DNA from: Ostreococcus lucimarinus
Lineage: Eukaryota
DNA length: 64,000 bases
Assembly (NCBI GenBank): GCA_000092065.1
Contig: CP000592.1
Reading direction: 5' to 3' (one strand)
Made by a program: the position numbers and the translations under genes
Notes under the pieces: generated by a model
What the model saw: only the letters and a program-made list of their open reading frames with translations
Database searches by the model: none
Told to the model about the DNA's origin: nothing
Part shown: positions 28,600-38,606 of the stretch, one piece after another
Numbering within the stretch: position 1 is the stretch's first letter
Layout: every line of letters starts with the position of its first letter

Positions 28600-29297
28600 C
28601 AGTCAGTCTTCAGTCTCCGCGACTCGCCGTCTCCGCGATCGTCCCGATTCTCCGCGATCGCGCGCCGCTTTCCCCGCGTTTCCCCCTCACATCTCTCACG
28701 CACTCTTCAGCATCCGCGGGTGCGCCTTCGAGTGTTCCATAGCTCGCGCATCTCTCTGTCGATCCACGTCGAACGTCACTCCGGGAGCCGTCGCGCGCTC
28801 TTCCTCCTCCTCGCCGTCCCGTTCGTCGCCGACGCGTTCCAGCCCCGCCAGCTCCACGCGTTGTGGTTTTTGCTTCCGTCTCTGCGTCGTTCCGTCCCGG
28901 TCCCACCGTCAGTCGTCCGCGACGCGCGAAACCGTCGCATCCGTCTCCTCCCGCGTCCGCGTCGCGCGTCGCGCGCGCGCGCCGCGACGGTCGCACCATT
29001 CCGCTCGACGTTCGCCCGCGCGCGTCCCGTCGCGAACCGATTCACGAAAACCCGCGTCGACGCGCCGATCCCGCGAATCGCCCGCCGTCGCGCGCGCTCG
29101 CGGCGCAATAATTTAACCCGCGCGTCGCGTCGCGCGCGCGACGTCGTTCGCGCGCGCGCGACGAAGTGCCGCGCGCCGTCGCGGCGTCCGAGCGCGGGCA
29201 ACAACGCGCGCGTTCGGACGCACGAGGACGCGCGACGCCGCCGTCTCTCGGCGCACACGCGCGCGCGCGCGACGCGAAGATTTTTCTCCGCCTCGGC

Positions 29298-32279
29298 ATG
29301 GCGCGCGATCGGCGCGATCGAGCGTCGCGCGCGGATGGGACCGCTCGAGCGAACCCTCGCGGGCGCGCGCGCGCGCGAGGCGTCGTCGTCGTCGTCGCGG
29401 CGTGCGCGGCGATCGTCGAGGCGGCGGTCGTCGAGGACGCGACGAGTCGGTCGATCGGGTTCGTCGCGACGGGCGAGGACGCGGTGGTGCGCGCGCGGGT
29501 GGTGACGGATCGGTCGCGGGCGAGGACGCGGGTGTCGGCGCGGTGCGCGAAGGGGTGGGAAGGCGAGACGCGCGTCGAGGCGCGCGACGACGGACGATGG
29601 CCGGACGACGTCGCGAACGACGGCGTGTACGCGGCGAAGTGCTCGACGGATGGTTTGCGAGCGGGTGAACGCGTGCGGTGGCGATGGGAGGTGGAATCGC
29701 CGGAACGCGCGTTCGCGCCGACGGGACGGGCGAGATATTACGGGACGGTTCTCGAAAAAGATTTAAGAGCGGATACGAGTCTGAGCGTCGTGCACGTGTT
29801 CGCCCCGGACTATCGGAAGATGACCACCGACGAGGGCGAACGGGTTGGGGTGTACTTTGAGGGGCGGTATTACGACGACGTCCTCATGCGCCGACGAGGA
29901 TCGAATCGTAAGGAAGCCGTGATCGGGGTCGATTTGTCCGCCGCGAATTGGCCCAAGCACAAGTTTAAGCTCGATTTTCACGGTCGGGTGTTCAAGTTCG
30001 ACGAGAACGAGCGCAAGGTAGAGGAAATTAATTTGCAGTCGCATTATCAAGAGCCAGGGGAAGAGACGTACCTACGCGAGAATCTCGGATTCGCCATACT
30101 GCGCCGCGCCGGCGTGCCGGCGTCGCTGACCAAGCACGTACAAGTCCGCGTGAATAACGAGTTCTACGGATTATTCTCGTTGATCGAGCAAGTCGACTCG
30201 ACTTTCCTTCGCCGGAACTATCTCGATCCTGAAGGAGCGTTGTATAAGGCGGTGAATTGGAAGTACAGCAATCTTCGAGCGGGAGATCCGAACCTGCCTT
30301 GCCCGTACGCTACGCCCGATTACAAGCGAGAATGGATGAACGACGGTTGTCCGGAAATCTATCGTAAAGCTTCAAAGGCGAATCGTGACAATTGGGACGA
30401 TTTGTGGGAGCTCACGCAAGTGATCGAGCGCGTACGCAGGAATCCCGGGGGCGAGGCGTACTTGCTGTACGATCATACCAATCTTCCCGCCTTGGTGAAC
30501 GAAATGGCTGCACAAACGCTCATGCTCGGAGCCGATCGCTGTACAAAGAACTACTACATGCACAAAGACTGGACGGGCGAATGGTCGCGTATTCCGTGGG
30601 ACGTGGAAGACGTGTTTCCGGGAGATAAACGATACGGCATCGACCTCTGTAAGTCGAGTGAATGCGACAAGAAATCAACCGCGTATTGCATTCTGTCGTG
30701 CGAAAAGTTCAACTCGCCGCTGTACTGCGACCGAAATCATCCCCAGGACATCTTTTACGCTCAATCTCCCGAGCAAGACCCTCGATCAACGTACAATGTT
30801 CTCATAGACGTTATGCTCGCAGTCTGGCCAGTCAAGGAGATGTACTTCACCCGCTTGCGCACGCTTATGGATGAGATTTTGGCAACGTCGTTCATCGACG
30901 ACTACGCGAGGCGCACGTTGAACATTATACGCAAAGATGCTCTGCGGGATTCAGAGAAGTGGGGGGTCGGCGCCGTGCGAGCTATCGACCAAGGCGTGCT
31001 TCAGCTGCTCTCGCAAATCGTCCCGAAACGCCGAGACCAATTGTTCAACCAATACAGCTCCATGATACCATCGTCGACGCCTTCGAATGCGCGAGTGTAC
31101 GTCTCACACGCGCAAAAGAATGGCGTTGAAGCGTACGTCAAGATTAGTAATCCGAACGGCTATGCCGTGGACGTGTCGTTTTGGATAGTCGAAACTCGAG
31201 GCGGGTGGAAATATACGCTGAAACCGGGCACCGTTCTCGGCGCCGGTCGCACCCTGTTCGTCGTCAGGGACGCGAAAGAATTCAGACGTCGCGCGACGTG
31301 GGCTCGCCGCGAATACCCCGAAGGCGTCTTCGTGCAAGGAAATTTCCAATCTGATTTAGACACAGATGACGTGAATATGATTTCTGTGACAAGGACATCC
31401 GAGCGCGTCGCCGCGCTCAACGGACGTGGGCGCGCGTTCAGACGGTTTCGACCACGCGTAGGATTCGACAACACTTCGTGCGCGCTCCCAGATGTCGGTC
31501 CTTGGAGCGAATACGGTGATTGCTGCGCCGAAGGCAAATGCGGTTTGTGGTGCGGCGTCCAAAACGCCGCGCGAGTTCGACGTCGAGACGTGAACATCAC
31601 GCTCGGACTTGATCCGAACGATTTACCGCAGTGTTTGGTCCATAGCTATGAGATTGATAGACGCTGCGCGAGCCTTGAGTGCGGCACGCCGAGACCGCCG
31701 AACTCGACGGCGTGTCGAATTCCCTCGAATGAATCGTTTGTGCGTCTCTCGCGAAACGACCAAAGCGTCATCTTTAGTCCGATTTTCGGCTTGAACACAC
31801 GCACGTGGGAGGATTGGAGTTACAAGGTGGAAGTCGCACCGCACGACGCGCACGGCGTCGATGGCGCTTCAAAGTCGTTGAAAATCCTCGTACACTCGGG
31901 TGGTGGTTTGGCGTTTCGAGCGACGGCGCGAAACGACACTCGGCTCACTTCCGCACACTTCTGGATCGCGAGACACGCCCCGCCCCAACCCCTTCCGCGC
32001 CTCGTCTTCGACCTCGAGTCGACGAGCGATAACACCACGACGACGCGCGCGGCGCCCGGAGAGTTTCTTCGAGGCATCGCCCGCGCGCAGAGCGACTGGA
32101 ACGCCGGTTGCTACGTCGAAATCATCGCCGATTTCGCCGGCTTCGACGACTCTCCGACCACCGCGGCGCGCGAGCCGTCGTCCGTCAAAATCGTTCTCAA
32201 GAGCGCGTTCGGCTCGCCAACGCGTCTCTGGCTCGGTCGCGCGGTGGCCGTGTTCTCATCTCACGAAAACGCGCCGTAA
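29298..32279 (+). CDS. CotH-domain (kinase-like) protein with N-terminal signal-anchor and Cys-rich C-terminal region
   Basis: The signal anchor is GVVVVVAACAAIVEAAVV. The central region matches the CotH family (LRENLGFAILRRAGVPASLTKHVQVRVNNEFYGLFSLIEQVDSTFLRRNY...YKAVNW). The C-terminal roughly 350 aa are Cys-rich. The ATG at 29298 is in frame with the track ORF that begins at 29166. Confidence 0.65.
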   Translation: MARDRRDRASRADGTARANPRGRARARGVVVVVAACAAIVEAAVVEDATSRSIGFVATGEDAVVRARVVTDRSRARTRVSARCAKGWEGETRVEARDDGRWPDDVANDGVYAAKCSTDGLRAGERVRWRWEVESPERAFAPTGRARYYGTVLEKDLRADTSLSVVHVFAPDYRKMTTDEGERVGVYFEGRYYDDVLMRRRGSNRKEAVIGVDLSAANWPKHKFKLDFHGRVFKFDENERKVEEINLQSHYQEPGEETYLRENLGFAILRRAGVPASLTKHVQVRVNNEFYGLFSLIEQVDSTFLRRNYLDPEGALYKAVNWKYSNLRAGDPNLPCPYATPDYKREWMNDGCPEIYRKASKANRDNWDDLWELTQVIERVRRNPGGEAYLLYDHTNLPALVNEMAAQTLMLGADRCTKNYYMHKDWTGEWSRIPWDVEDVFPGDKRYGIDLCKSSECDKKSTAYCILSCEKFNSPLYCDRNHPQDIFYAQSPEQDPRSTYNVLIDVMLAVWPVKEMYFTRLRTLMDEILATSFIDDYARRTLNIIRKDALRDSEKWGVGAVRAIDQGVLQLLSQIVPKRRDQLFNQYSSMIPSSTPSNARVYVSHAQKNGVEAYVKISNPNGYAVDVSFWIVETRGGWKYTLKPGTVLGAGRTLFVVRDAKEFRRRATWARREYPEGVFVQGNFQSDLDTDDVNMISVTRTSERVAALNGRGRAFRRFRPRVGFDNTSCALPDVGPWSEYGDCCAEGKCGLWCGVQNAARVRRRDVNITLGLDPNDLPQCLVHSYEIDRRCASLECGTPRPPNSTACRIPSNESFVRLSRNDQSVIFSPIFGLNTRTWEDWSYKVEVAPHDAHGVDGASKSLKILVHSGGGLAFRATARNDTRLTSAHFWIARHAPPQPLPRLVFDLESTSDNTTTTRAAPGEFLRGIARAQSDWNAGCYVEIIADFAGFDDSPTTAAREPSSVKIVLKSAFGSPTRLWLGRAVAVFSSHENAP

Positions 32280-32406
32280 ACGTTCGTTTGTATGATAGCA
32301 CTCGACGCTTTCGCCGCGACGACCGCGCGGACGAACGGCGTTCGTCGAACGCCTTCGCGCGCGACGCCTCGCGCGCCTCACACCGCGACGCGCGCCGATT
32401 CGCGAC

Positions 32407-33126
32407 ATGCGCGCGATCGCGCGCGCGCGCCCGTCGGTGGCGCCTTCGCGCGCGGTGCCGACGCCGCGACGCGGGACGATCGCGGTCGGTCGCGCGGCGC
32501 GCGCGCGCGCGCGCGTCGACATCGTTGCGTCTCACGAGTGCGCGAACGCGCGTCGTCGCGTCGTCGTCGCGCGCGCGGCGACGAGCGACGACGCGAGCGA
32601 CGACGCGAACGAGACGAGTGGGATGGCAAAGGTCAAGGCGTGGTGGCGAGACGCGGCGAAGATCGATAAGAAGAAGATTGCCTCGCTCGGTTCGGCGGCG
32701 TTGCTGTCGTACGGGTTCGTGAGTAACGTGTTTTACGTGACGTCGTTGATGCTGGCGACGTACACGGCGGTGAAGACGACGGGGGCGAGCCCGCTGGTGA
32801 ATTCGCTGTCGATGAAGACGTTCGCGTCGTCGTATTTTGGGTTGTGGATGATTCAAAACTTTTTGCGCCCGGCGCGATTCGCGTTGTCGGTGGCCATCTC
32901 CCCGGGGACGGATAGAATCGTGGAGTTCTTTCGTAGGTACGCGCCGAATAACGATAAGAAGTGGGCGTTTGCGTTGACTGTGTTTTGCATCAACGTTGTC
33001 GGGACTTTTGCGTACATGTTTGCCGGGTTTGGATTGATCGTAGCGCTCACGGGCGTACCGCTGGAATTGTCATCTTTCGGCGGACTGTTGGCAGCCGCCA
33101 AAACGGCAAAGACGGGCGCGGTGTAG
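32407..33126 (+). CDS. organelle-targeted multi-TM membrane protein (possibly DUF1279/FAM210-like)
   Basis: A transit-like N-terminus is followed by KKKIASLGSAALLSYGFVSNVFYVTSLMLATYTAV and further hydrophobic helices. The family call is tentative. Confidence 0.4.
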   Translation: MRAIARARPSVAPSRAVPTPRRGTIAVGRAARARARVDIVASHECANARRRVVVARAATSDDASDDANETSGMAKVKAWWRDAAKIDKKKIASLGSAALLSYGFVSNVFYVTSLMLATYTAVKTTGASPLVNSLSMKTFASSYFGLWMIQNFLRPARFALSVAISPGTDRIVEFFRRYAPNNDKKWAFALTVFCINVVGTFAYMFAGFGLIVALTGVPLELSSFGGLLAAAKTAKTGAV

Positions 33127-33176
33127 CGCGCGCGCTGTCGAGGCTGATTGAAATTCAATTATTGTACGTGTGTTTA

Positions 33177-34088
33177 CTAATCGTCAAAGTGCAACGCGCC
33201 GTCGTCTTCGTCGTCGTCCGAGTACTCCTCTTCTCGCTTCAACACGGTGACGATATCGCGAATCACCGAACCGCCGTGTCCGCGCCGTTCGAGCCAAGCC
33301 ATCAGACGTCTTACGCGCGCCTGAAAGTCTCCGCGTTTATTCCTCTTAAACTGCGTTCGAGCTGCCTGCAAGAGTTCCTTTGCCCGCGTTCGTTCTAAAT
33401 TTTCCTCGTCGTCCTCGTCGTCGTCCTCGTCGTCGTCCTCGTCGTCTTCAAATAAATCAATCTTTATGGCCCCACCCTCCGCGAACACGGGCCCAAATCC
33501 TAAGTCTATGTCTCGATCATCCACGCCTTTCTGTCGCAGCGCCCCTCGCACGCGCCACGCCGCCCATCTCGAGTTTCTCCACTTGTACCTCGCGAACGCC
33601 TCTGCGTACGCGGCGTCGCTTTGCACCCCCGCGCGTTGCATAGCATCCAACGCCTCGTTCGCATCCTCAGCCTCGTATCCCTTATCGATCGTCAATTTAT
33701 CAAATAACTCCTTACGCGTGCGCGGTTTGTATTCGAGAAATCGCACGATTTGCGCTTTGGCGTCGTCCACGCGCGTCGGTTGAAACGCTCCGGTGGATTT
33801 GTACTTTGTCCCACTCAGTGGTTGATTCTTGAGCGATTCAAAGACGTCCGCGCGCGTCTTCTTCCTAGGCACCTCGGATGCATCGTCGGCGTTCGCCTGC
33901 GCGCGCGTGCGAAGCGCGAAGCCTCGCGTGCGCGATGGAAACGACGTCGTCGTCGCCGACTGGGACGAGTCCAACTTCAAACGCCTCGGCGTCGCCTCGG
34001 CGTGCGTGAGTCGTTCGGCCGGAGCCAGTGGGCGCGCGCACGCGGTACGAACGAATGTGAGAAACATATCGACGCGCGCGCGACGCAT
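33177..34088 (-). CDS. recX: RecX-like recombination regulator with organellar presequence and acidic tract
   Basis: It has the RecX three-helix repeats (IVRFLEYKPRTRKELFDKLTIDKGYEAEDANEALDAMQRAGVQSDAAYAEAFARYKWRNSRWAAWRVRGALRQKGVDDRDIDLGF). A (DEDDDE)n tract is encoded by (ctcgtcgtc)n near 33405-33450. I chose the ATG at 34088. Confidence 0.6.
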   Translation of the reverse strand: MRRARVDMFLTFVRTACARPLAPAERLTHAEATPRRLKLDSSQSATTTSFPSRTRGFALRTRAQANADDASEVPRKKTRADVFESLKNQPLSGTKYKSTGAFQPTRVDDAKAQIVRFLEYKPRTRKELFDKLTIDKGYEAEDANEALDAMQRAGVQSDAAYAEAFARYKWRNSRWAAWRVRGALRQKGVDDRDIDLGFGPVFAEGGAIKIDLFEDDEDDDEDDDEDDEENLERTRAKELLQAARTQFKRNKRGDFQARVRRLMAWLERRGHGGSVIRDIVTVLKREEEYSDDDEDDGALHFDD

Positions 34089-34176
34089 GCGATGGCGAAA
34101 CCGCGCGCGGTCGTTTGAAGACGATGCAAGCGAAAAAGAGATGGATACGTTTCCGTGATAGTAATACAAAATTGAA

Positions 34177-36705
34177 TCAGTGTCTGTGGCAGACGTTGTA
34201 TTGAGCCAACGTTTGCAACATGTTGACCACGTCGTCGGTGTCGTCGAGATACGCAGGCGCCTTGCTCGGTTTTTGACCTATGGTTGATGTGTAAATGGAC
34301 GCGCCGGCGTAGAGCGGGAGCTGCGCGTGCGTGTTGACGGCGACGAACATGTCCTCGTCCGAACGGTCGTCGCCAACGGCGAGAACGAAATCGGCGACGT
34401 CAGCGGAAGATTGCGTGTCTAAAAGTTGGTTTATCACCAGACCTTTGTGCACGCCCTTGGGTTTGATCTCGACGGTGCCATTTCCGGCGATGACGTCCAC
34501 GGGGTCGCCGTGTAACACGCTCTCGAGGTGATCGAGAAGTTCCTTGGCTTGCCAAGCCCCAAAATCGGGATCGGCGTCTCGATAGTGCCACACGCAAGAA
34601 CTTTCTTTGGACTGGATGAACGAACCGTCCGTCGCTTCGGCATACTGCTCTAAAATTGGTAGGACGGTATCTTTCCACTCGAGCACGCTGTTGTCCGTGC
34701 CACTCGGAGCAAGCTCGTTCCACGCCACGTCTGATCCGCGGCGGAACCAGTATCCGTGCTCAGCCACCATGCAAAGACCAGGAATATTACCGAACCACTT
34801 GTCTAAAGTCTCGCGCTCGCGTCCAGACACGATACACACCTCGTTTGCGTCGTCATTTACGAGGACGGTGAGGAGGGACAATAAATGCGCCGTCGGCGGC
34901 TGCGCAAAGGATGCCAGTGGTACTAGCGTACCGTCGTAATCGATCACGAGCTTTCGACGAGTCGCCTTGAGGTAGTTGGCCACCACACCGGCCGTGTCGA
35001 GCTTTCGGAACGTCGAACTGAGATGCACGACACGGAAGTTCAACCCGAAACCCAAACCGTAGCATCGGTTGCTCTGAGCCTTCTCTGTCACGCGCTGAAG
35101 CTCGGCGAGGCAAGATTGCGCCCAGAAGCCGACGTGGTGCTCGCTAACGTAGCGCCAGTGCTTCTCATGACGAGCTTCATGCTCGTGACCGCTCATTTGA
35201 AGTGCTTTGTACATGGAATCCGCGACATCCTCTTCGTGCCACGGGTTGACGCGAAGCGCCCCTGAGAGCGACGGCGAACACCCGGTGAACTCAGAAATAA
35301 TCAAAGAGGATTGTCGTGGCAACGAGAAACCATCGGACGTGCCCTGGGACTCGTCATTCGGACCCTGTCTACAAGTTATGTACTCGTATGGCGCAAGGTT
35401 CATACCATCGCGCGTGGCCGTGACCACAGCGATGTCCGCGACTGAGTACAACGCGATGCGCTCGTGCAGCGGCACGGGCCTCACTTCAAACTTCACAACG
35501 TTGACACCATTCTTTGCATACTTGTCATTTATTCTCGCCACCATCGAATCCACGGTCGCTCGCAAATCATCAATGTCCCGCCCACTTCCGCGAGGTGGAT
35601 TACACACTTGATACAGCACAATTTGCTCGGCGATTTCTGGGTGTTCGTCGAGCATGCGTTCAAACGCCGCGATTTTCTGATCGATTCCCTTGAACTCGTC
35701 GAAATCATCGAGACCAAGCAACATTTTGCGCCCCGCAATTTCGGTGACGAGTTCTTTCCGACGATCCTTGCACATTTGTGCGTCTAAAACATCTCGCAAA
35801 CGCGACGTCTTCACGCCAGTGGGACAAATCTTAACCGACACGAGTCTGCCGAAGTTGTCGATGACGAGCGACCCGCGCTCCATCCTATGATTTAATCCGA
35901 GCAACCGCGTGCAGCACGACAAAAAGTGTCGAGCGTAATCGAACGTATGAAAACCGACAAAGTCGGCATTTAAAAGTCCGCGCAGGATTAAATCTCGGTT
36001 CGGCGTCGTTCTGAAGATTTCGCTCGACGGAAACGGGCAGTGCAAAAAGAAACCACACTTGACGGCGTTGAAGCGTTTACGCAGAAACGTCGGCAAAAGC
36101 ATCAAGTGGTAATCGTGCACCCACACTTGATCGTCATCACTGCACACCACTTCCATCAGCTTATCCGCGAAACGCTTATTCGCCGCGATGTACGCCTGCC
36201 ACTGATGTTTTTGAAATCGCGAATCCAACGGCGACATCGGCAAGACGTAGTGCATCAGAGGCCACAGATACTGTTTACAGAACCCCTTATAAAAGTTCTC
36301 CTTGGTATCTTCGGGCAAAAACACCGGCACCGCATCAAATCTCGCCTCTAAATCGTTCGCCACCGCCTCTTGCAACTCAAACGGCACTTGCATCGGCAAC
36401 TGTCCGACGTTTATCACCGCGTCGTACTGCCCGTTCGCCTCCGCTCCTTCCCGACATTGATCGTAAATGCTATCCCCATCCTTTTCGAACGCATACTTGT
36501 GTCCGTACGGTTTCCCCGCCTCCGCGTCCTCTCGCATCTTCAGCGGTAACGAATTACTGACGATGAAGACGCGTTCGACGCGCGGTTCGCTCGCCCCGCT
36601 CGCCCCGCTGAGATCGGCGCTCGACCCGCCGATCGTGTTCGGCTTCCCATCGTTCGCGTCCTCCCCGATCAGCGCTGTTCGTTTCGCAGACCACATCGCG
36701 CGCAT
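34177..36705 (-). CDS. TPS: trehalose-6-phosphate synthase (GT20) fused to trehalose-phosphatase-like domain (class II TPS)
   Basis: The GT20 domain (YLWPLMHYVLP, VWVHDYHLMLLPTFLRKR, GFFLHCPFPSSEIFR) is followed by a C-terminal TPP/HAD-like domain (LVIDYDGTLVP...AVGDDRSDEDMF). The ATG at 36705 was verified. The track ORF extends to 37038 through Arg-rich sequence. Confidence 0.85.
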   Translation of the reverse strand: MRAMWSAKRTALIGEDANDGKPNTIGGSSADLSGASGASEPRVERVFIVSNSLPLKMREDAEAGKPYGHKYAFEKDGDSIYDQCREGAEANGQYDAVINVGQLPMQVPFELQEAVANDLEARFDAVPVFLPEDTKENFYKGFCKQYLWPLMHYVLPMSPLDSRFQKHQWQAYIAANKRFADKLMEVVCSDDDQVWVHDYHLMLLPTFLRKRFNAVKCGFFLHCPFPSSEIFRTTPNRDLILRGLLNADFVGFHTFDYARHFLSCCTRLLGLNHRMERGSLVIDNFGRLVSVKICPTGVKTSRLRDVLDAQMCKDRRKELVTEIAGRKMLLGLDDFDEFKGIDQKIAAFERMLDEHPEIAEQIVLYQVCNPPRGSGRDIDDLRATVDSMVARINDKYAKNGVNVVKFEVRPVPLHERIALYSVADIAVVTATRDGMNLAPYEYITCRQGPNDESQGTSDGFSLPRQSSLIISEFTGCSPSLSGALRVNPWHEEDVADSMYKALQMSGHEHEARHEKHWRYVSEHHVGFWAQSCLAELQRVTEKAQSNRCYGLGFGLNFRVVHLSSTFRKLDTAGVVANYLKATRRKLVIDYDGTLVPLASFAQPPTAHLLSLLTVLVNDDANEVCIVSGRERETLDKWFGNIPGLCMVAEHGYWFRRGSDVAWNELAPSGTDNSVLEWKDTVLPILEQYAEATDGSFIQSKESSCVWHYRDADPDFGAWQAKELLDHLESVLHGDPVDVIAGNGTVEIKPKGVHKGLVINQLLDTQSSADVADFVLAVGDDRSDEDMFVAVNTHAQLPLYAGASIYTSTIGQKPSKAPAYLDDTDDVVNMLQTLAQYNVCHRH

Positions 36706-37110
36706 CGTCAGTCCGTCGTTCTCGCGCGACGCCCGCGCGCGCGCGCGCCGCGAGCGCGTCTCGACCGCTCGAATCACCAAAAAACCCAAGACTCCGATTC
36801 CGCGTTTCGTCGCTTCGCGCGCGTCGATCGACGCCGCGCGCGCGATTCGCACCTTGTAAGTCCGTGACGGATGAGTTGTTATTCGCCGTGCGGCGCATCG
36901 CGAGCGCGCGCGCGGTCGTCTGCGGCGCGCGACGGGACGACGAGTCGCCCGTCCGATTCTGTTGCACCGCGAGCCGACGCCGCGAACGCGCGCGACGAGA
37001 CGAACGCGAATTCGCGCGCGCGATGGACGCCGAAACAAACAAAATTACAACAAAACGAAAACTCCGACGCGCCGTCGCGACGCCGCGGCGCCGCGCGTCG
37101 CGCGCGTCCG

Positions 37111-37145
37111 ATCGAAATCGAGCGTCGAGCGTCGAGCGTCGAGCG
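37111..37145. repeat. (GAGCGTC)n heptamer tandem repeat in TPS upstream region
   Basis: Seen directly: cgagcgtcgagcgtcgagcgtcgagcgtcg. Confidence 0.8.
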
Positions 37146-37209
37146 TCGCGTCGCGCCGGATAAAGCGCGCGCGTCGTCGTCGTCGCGCGACGCCTCCGCG
37201 TCCGCGCGC

Positions 37210-37638
37210 TCACGCGTCCAAGATCTTCTTCGCCGCGAAAAACGTCATGAAGAACAGCGGCACGTCCGCCAGGTGCGACACGAGTCCCCCGAGCCGTCGC
37301 TTCGCCGGGTCTCCCGTGGCGTACCCGCGAATGTACTCCACGCGACCGACCGCCCACACGCAGAGCAGGATCGCCGACGCCCGCGGGTACGCCAGTCCGC
37401 TCGCCGTCCCCATCGCGATCACCGGCGCGTAGTTCTCCAGCGTGTTCTGGTGTCCGCGCTGCACGCAGTCGAACTGTTTCTTCTTTTCGTGTCCCGGCGG
37501 GGCGTACAGGTCGGGGTACTCGACGCCGTGCGCCTTCCGCGCGCGCGCGACGCGCACCGCGCCGTAGACGAGCGGCACGAAGCACGCGCCGACGGCGGCG
37601 ACGACGCAGCCGAACTCGCTCGCGATCTCGAGCGGCAT
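37210..37638 (-). CDS. MGST3: MAPEG family microsomal glutathione S-transferase 3-like
   Basis: It is collinear with MGST3 (RKAHGVEYPDLY...FDCVQRGHQNTLENYAPV...GRVEYIRGYATGDPAKR). The ATG at 37638 was verified. Confidence 0.75.
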   Translation of the reverse strand: MPLEIASEFGCVVAAVGACFVPLVYGAVRVARARKAHGVEYPDLYAPPGHEKKKQFDCVQRGHQNTLENYAPVIAMGTASGLAYPRASAILLCVWAVGRVEYIRGYATGDPAKRRLGGLVSHLADVPLFFMTFFAAKKILDA

Positions 37639-37763
37639 CGCGGCGAATCGATGAATCGTTCGGTGAATCGTTCGTTCGACGCGTCGATCAGTGCCGCGCC
37701 GCGCCACTCCGCGCCGCGCCGAAAACGCCGCGCGCGTCCGGCGCCGAAAACGCCGCGCCGTCG

Positions 37764-38606
37764 ATGCGGCTGGAGACGTACGAGGCGATCCGACGCGAGA
37801 TCGCGGCGACGCCGTGCGACGCCCACCCGAACGTCGACGCGCTTCGCGCGGCGCATCCCGAGCTCACGCTCGACGCGCTCGTGAGCATCGCGTCGCAGGA
37901 GTCGTCGCGAAGGATCCGCGCCGCGCACGGACGGCAGGTGCGCGCGATCGAGGCGCACGCGCGGCGGTACCTGCTGGGGGAGGATGTGTTCAGCGTGGCG
38001 CAGAACTTAGACTTTCCGGCGTGTCAGTTGATGCGGTTGCTGCTCGAACACCTGCTCGGGGTGGGGCACAAGGCGGTGGGGGCGCTGCTCAGGGACCCGC
38101 ACGGGAAGATACCGGCGACGCCGGCGGCGGGGACGCCGGCGGCGGCGCGCGGGGCGAAGCTGTGTCGGCGGTTGCGGTTGGACGTCGAACGCGTGACGGC
38201 GTGGGATCATCACGCGTCGCCGGCGGTGGACGCGCTGCGACACAACGCGGGGAAGGAGTACGAGGAATTGTTGGAGGAGATGCTCGCGGCGGAGGGGATA
38301 CCGTTCGTGACGGAGCGGGATTTACGCGCGGACGGACACGCGCGGACGCCGGATATCAAACTCGAGGTGCCGATCGCCGTGCGCGGGCGAATAGTGAATT
38401 GGATAGACTCCAAGGCGTCGTTCAGCGATCCTTTGGTGCACGTGGAGAAGGGCGTGGAACAGTTTCAGGGATACGTCAACAGATTCGGGCCCGGAATGGT
38501 GATTTATTGGCACGGCATCGTGGACGAGTTGAACGACGATCCCAACGTCTTGCTCGTCGACGCGTTTCCTCACTCGAGCGACATCGTCAAGCTTCGCATG
38601 ATTTAG
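37764..38606 (+). CDS. CDIN1/C15orf41-like (TPD-motif, restriction-endonuclease-like fold) protein
   Basis: The C-terminal block TPDIKLEVPIAVRGRIVNWIDSKASFSD resembles the TPD family signature. The assignment is tentative. Confidence 0.45.
   Translation: MRLETYEAIRREIAATPCDAHPNVDALRAAHPELTLDALVSIASQESSRRIRAAHGRQVRAIEAHARRYLLGEDVFSVAQNLDFPACQLMRLLLEHLLGVGHKAVGALLRDPHGKIPATPAAGTPAAARGAKLCRRLRLDVERVTAWDHHASPAVDALRHNAGKEYEELLEEMLAAEGIPFVTERDLRADGHARTPDIKLEVPIAVRGRIVNWIDSKASFSDPLVHVEKGVEQFQGYVNRFGPGMVIYWHGIVDELNDDPNVLLVDAFPHSSDIVKLRMI

Noticed and set aside
28552-29505. 317-aa plus-strand ORF and several 70 to 185-aa ORFs in the MORC/CotH intergenic region
   Set aside because: They are Arg/Ser/Pro low-complexity readings of a GC-rich, CpG-dense promoter region with no domain.
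36554-37884. 343-aa (minus) and 337-aa (plus) ORFs upstream of the TPS gene
   Set aside because: They are Arg-rich and mutually overlapping, contain the (GAGCGTC)n repeat, and partly overlap the MAPEG gene. I treated the region as TPS 5'UTR and intergenic.
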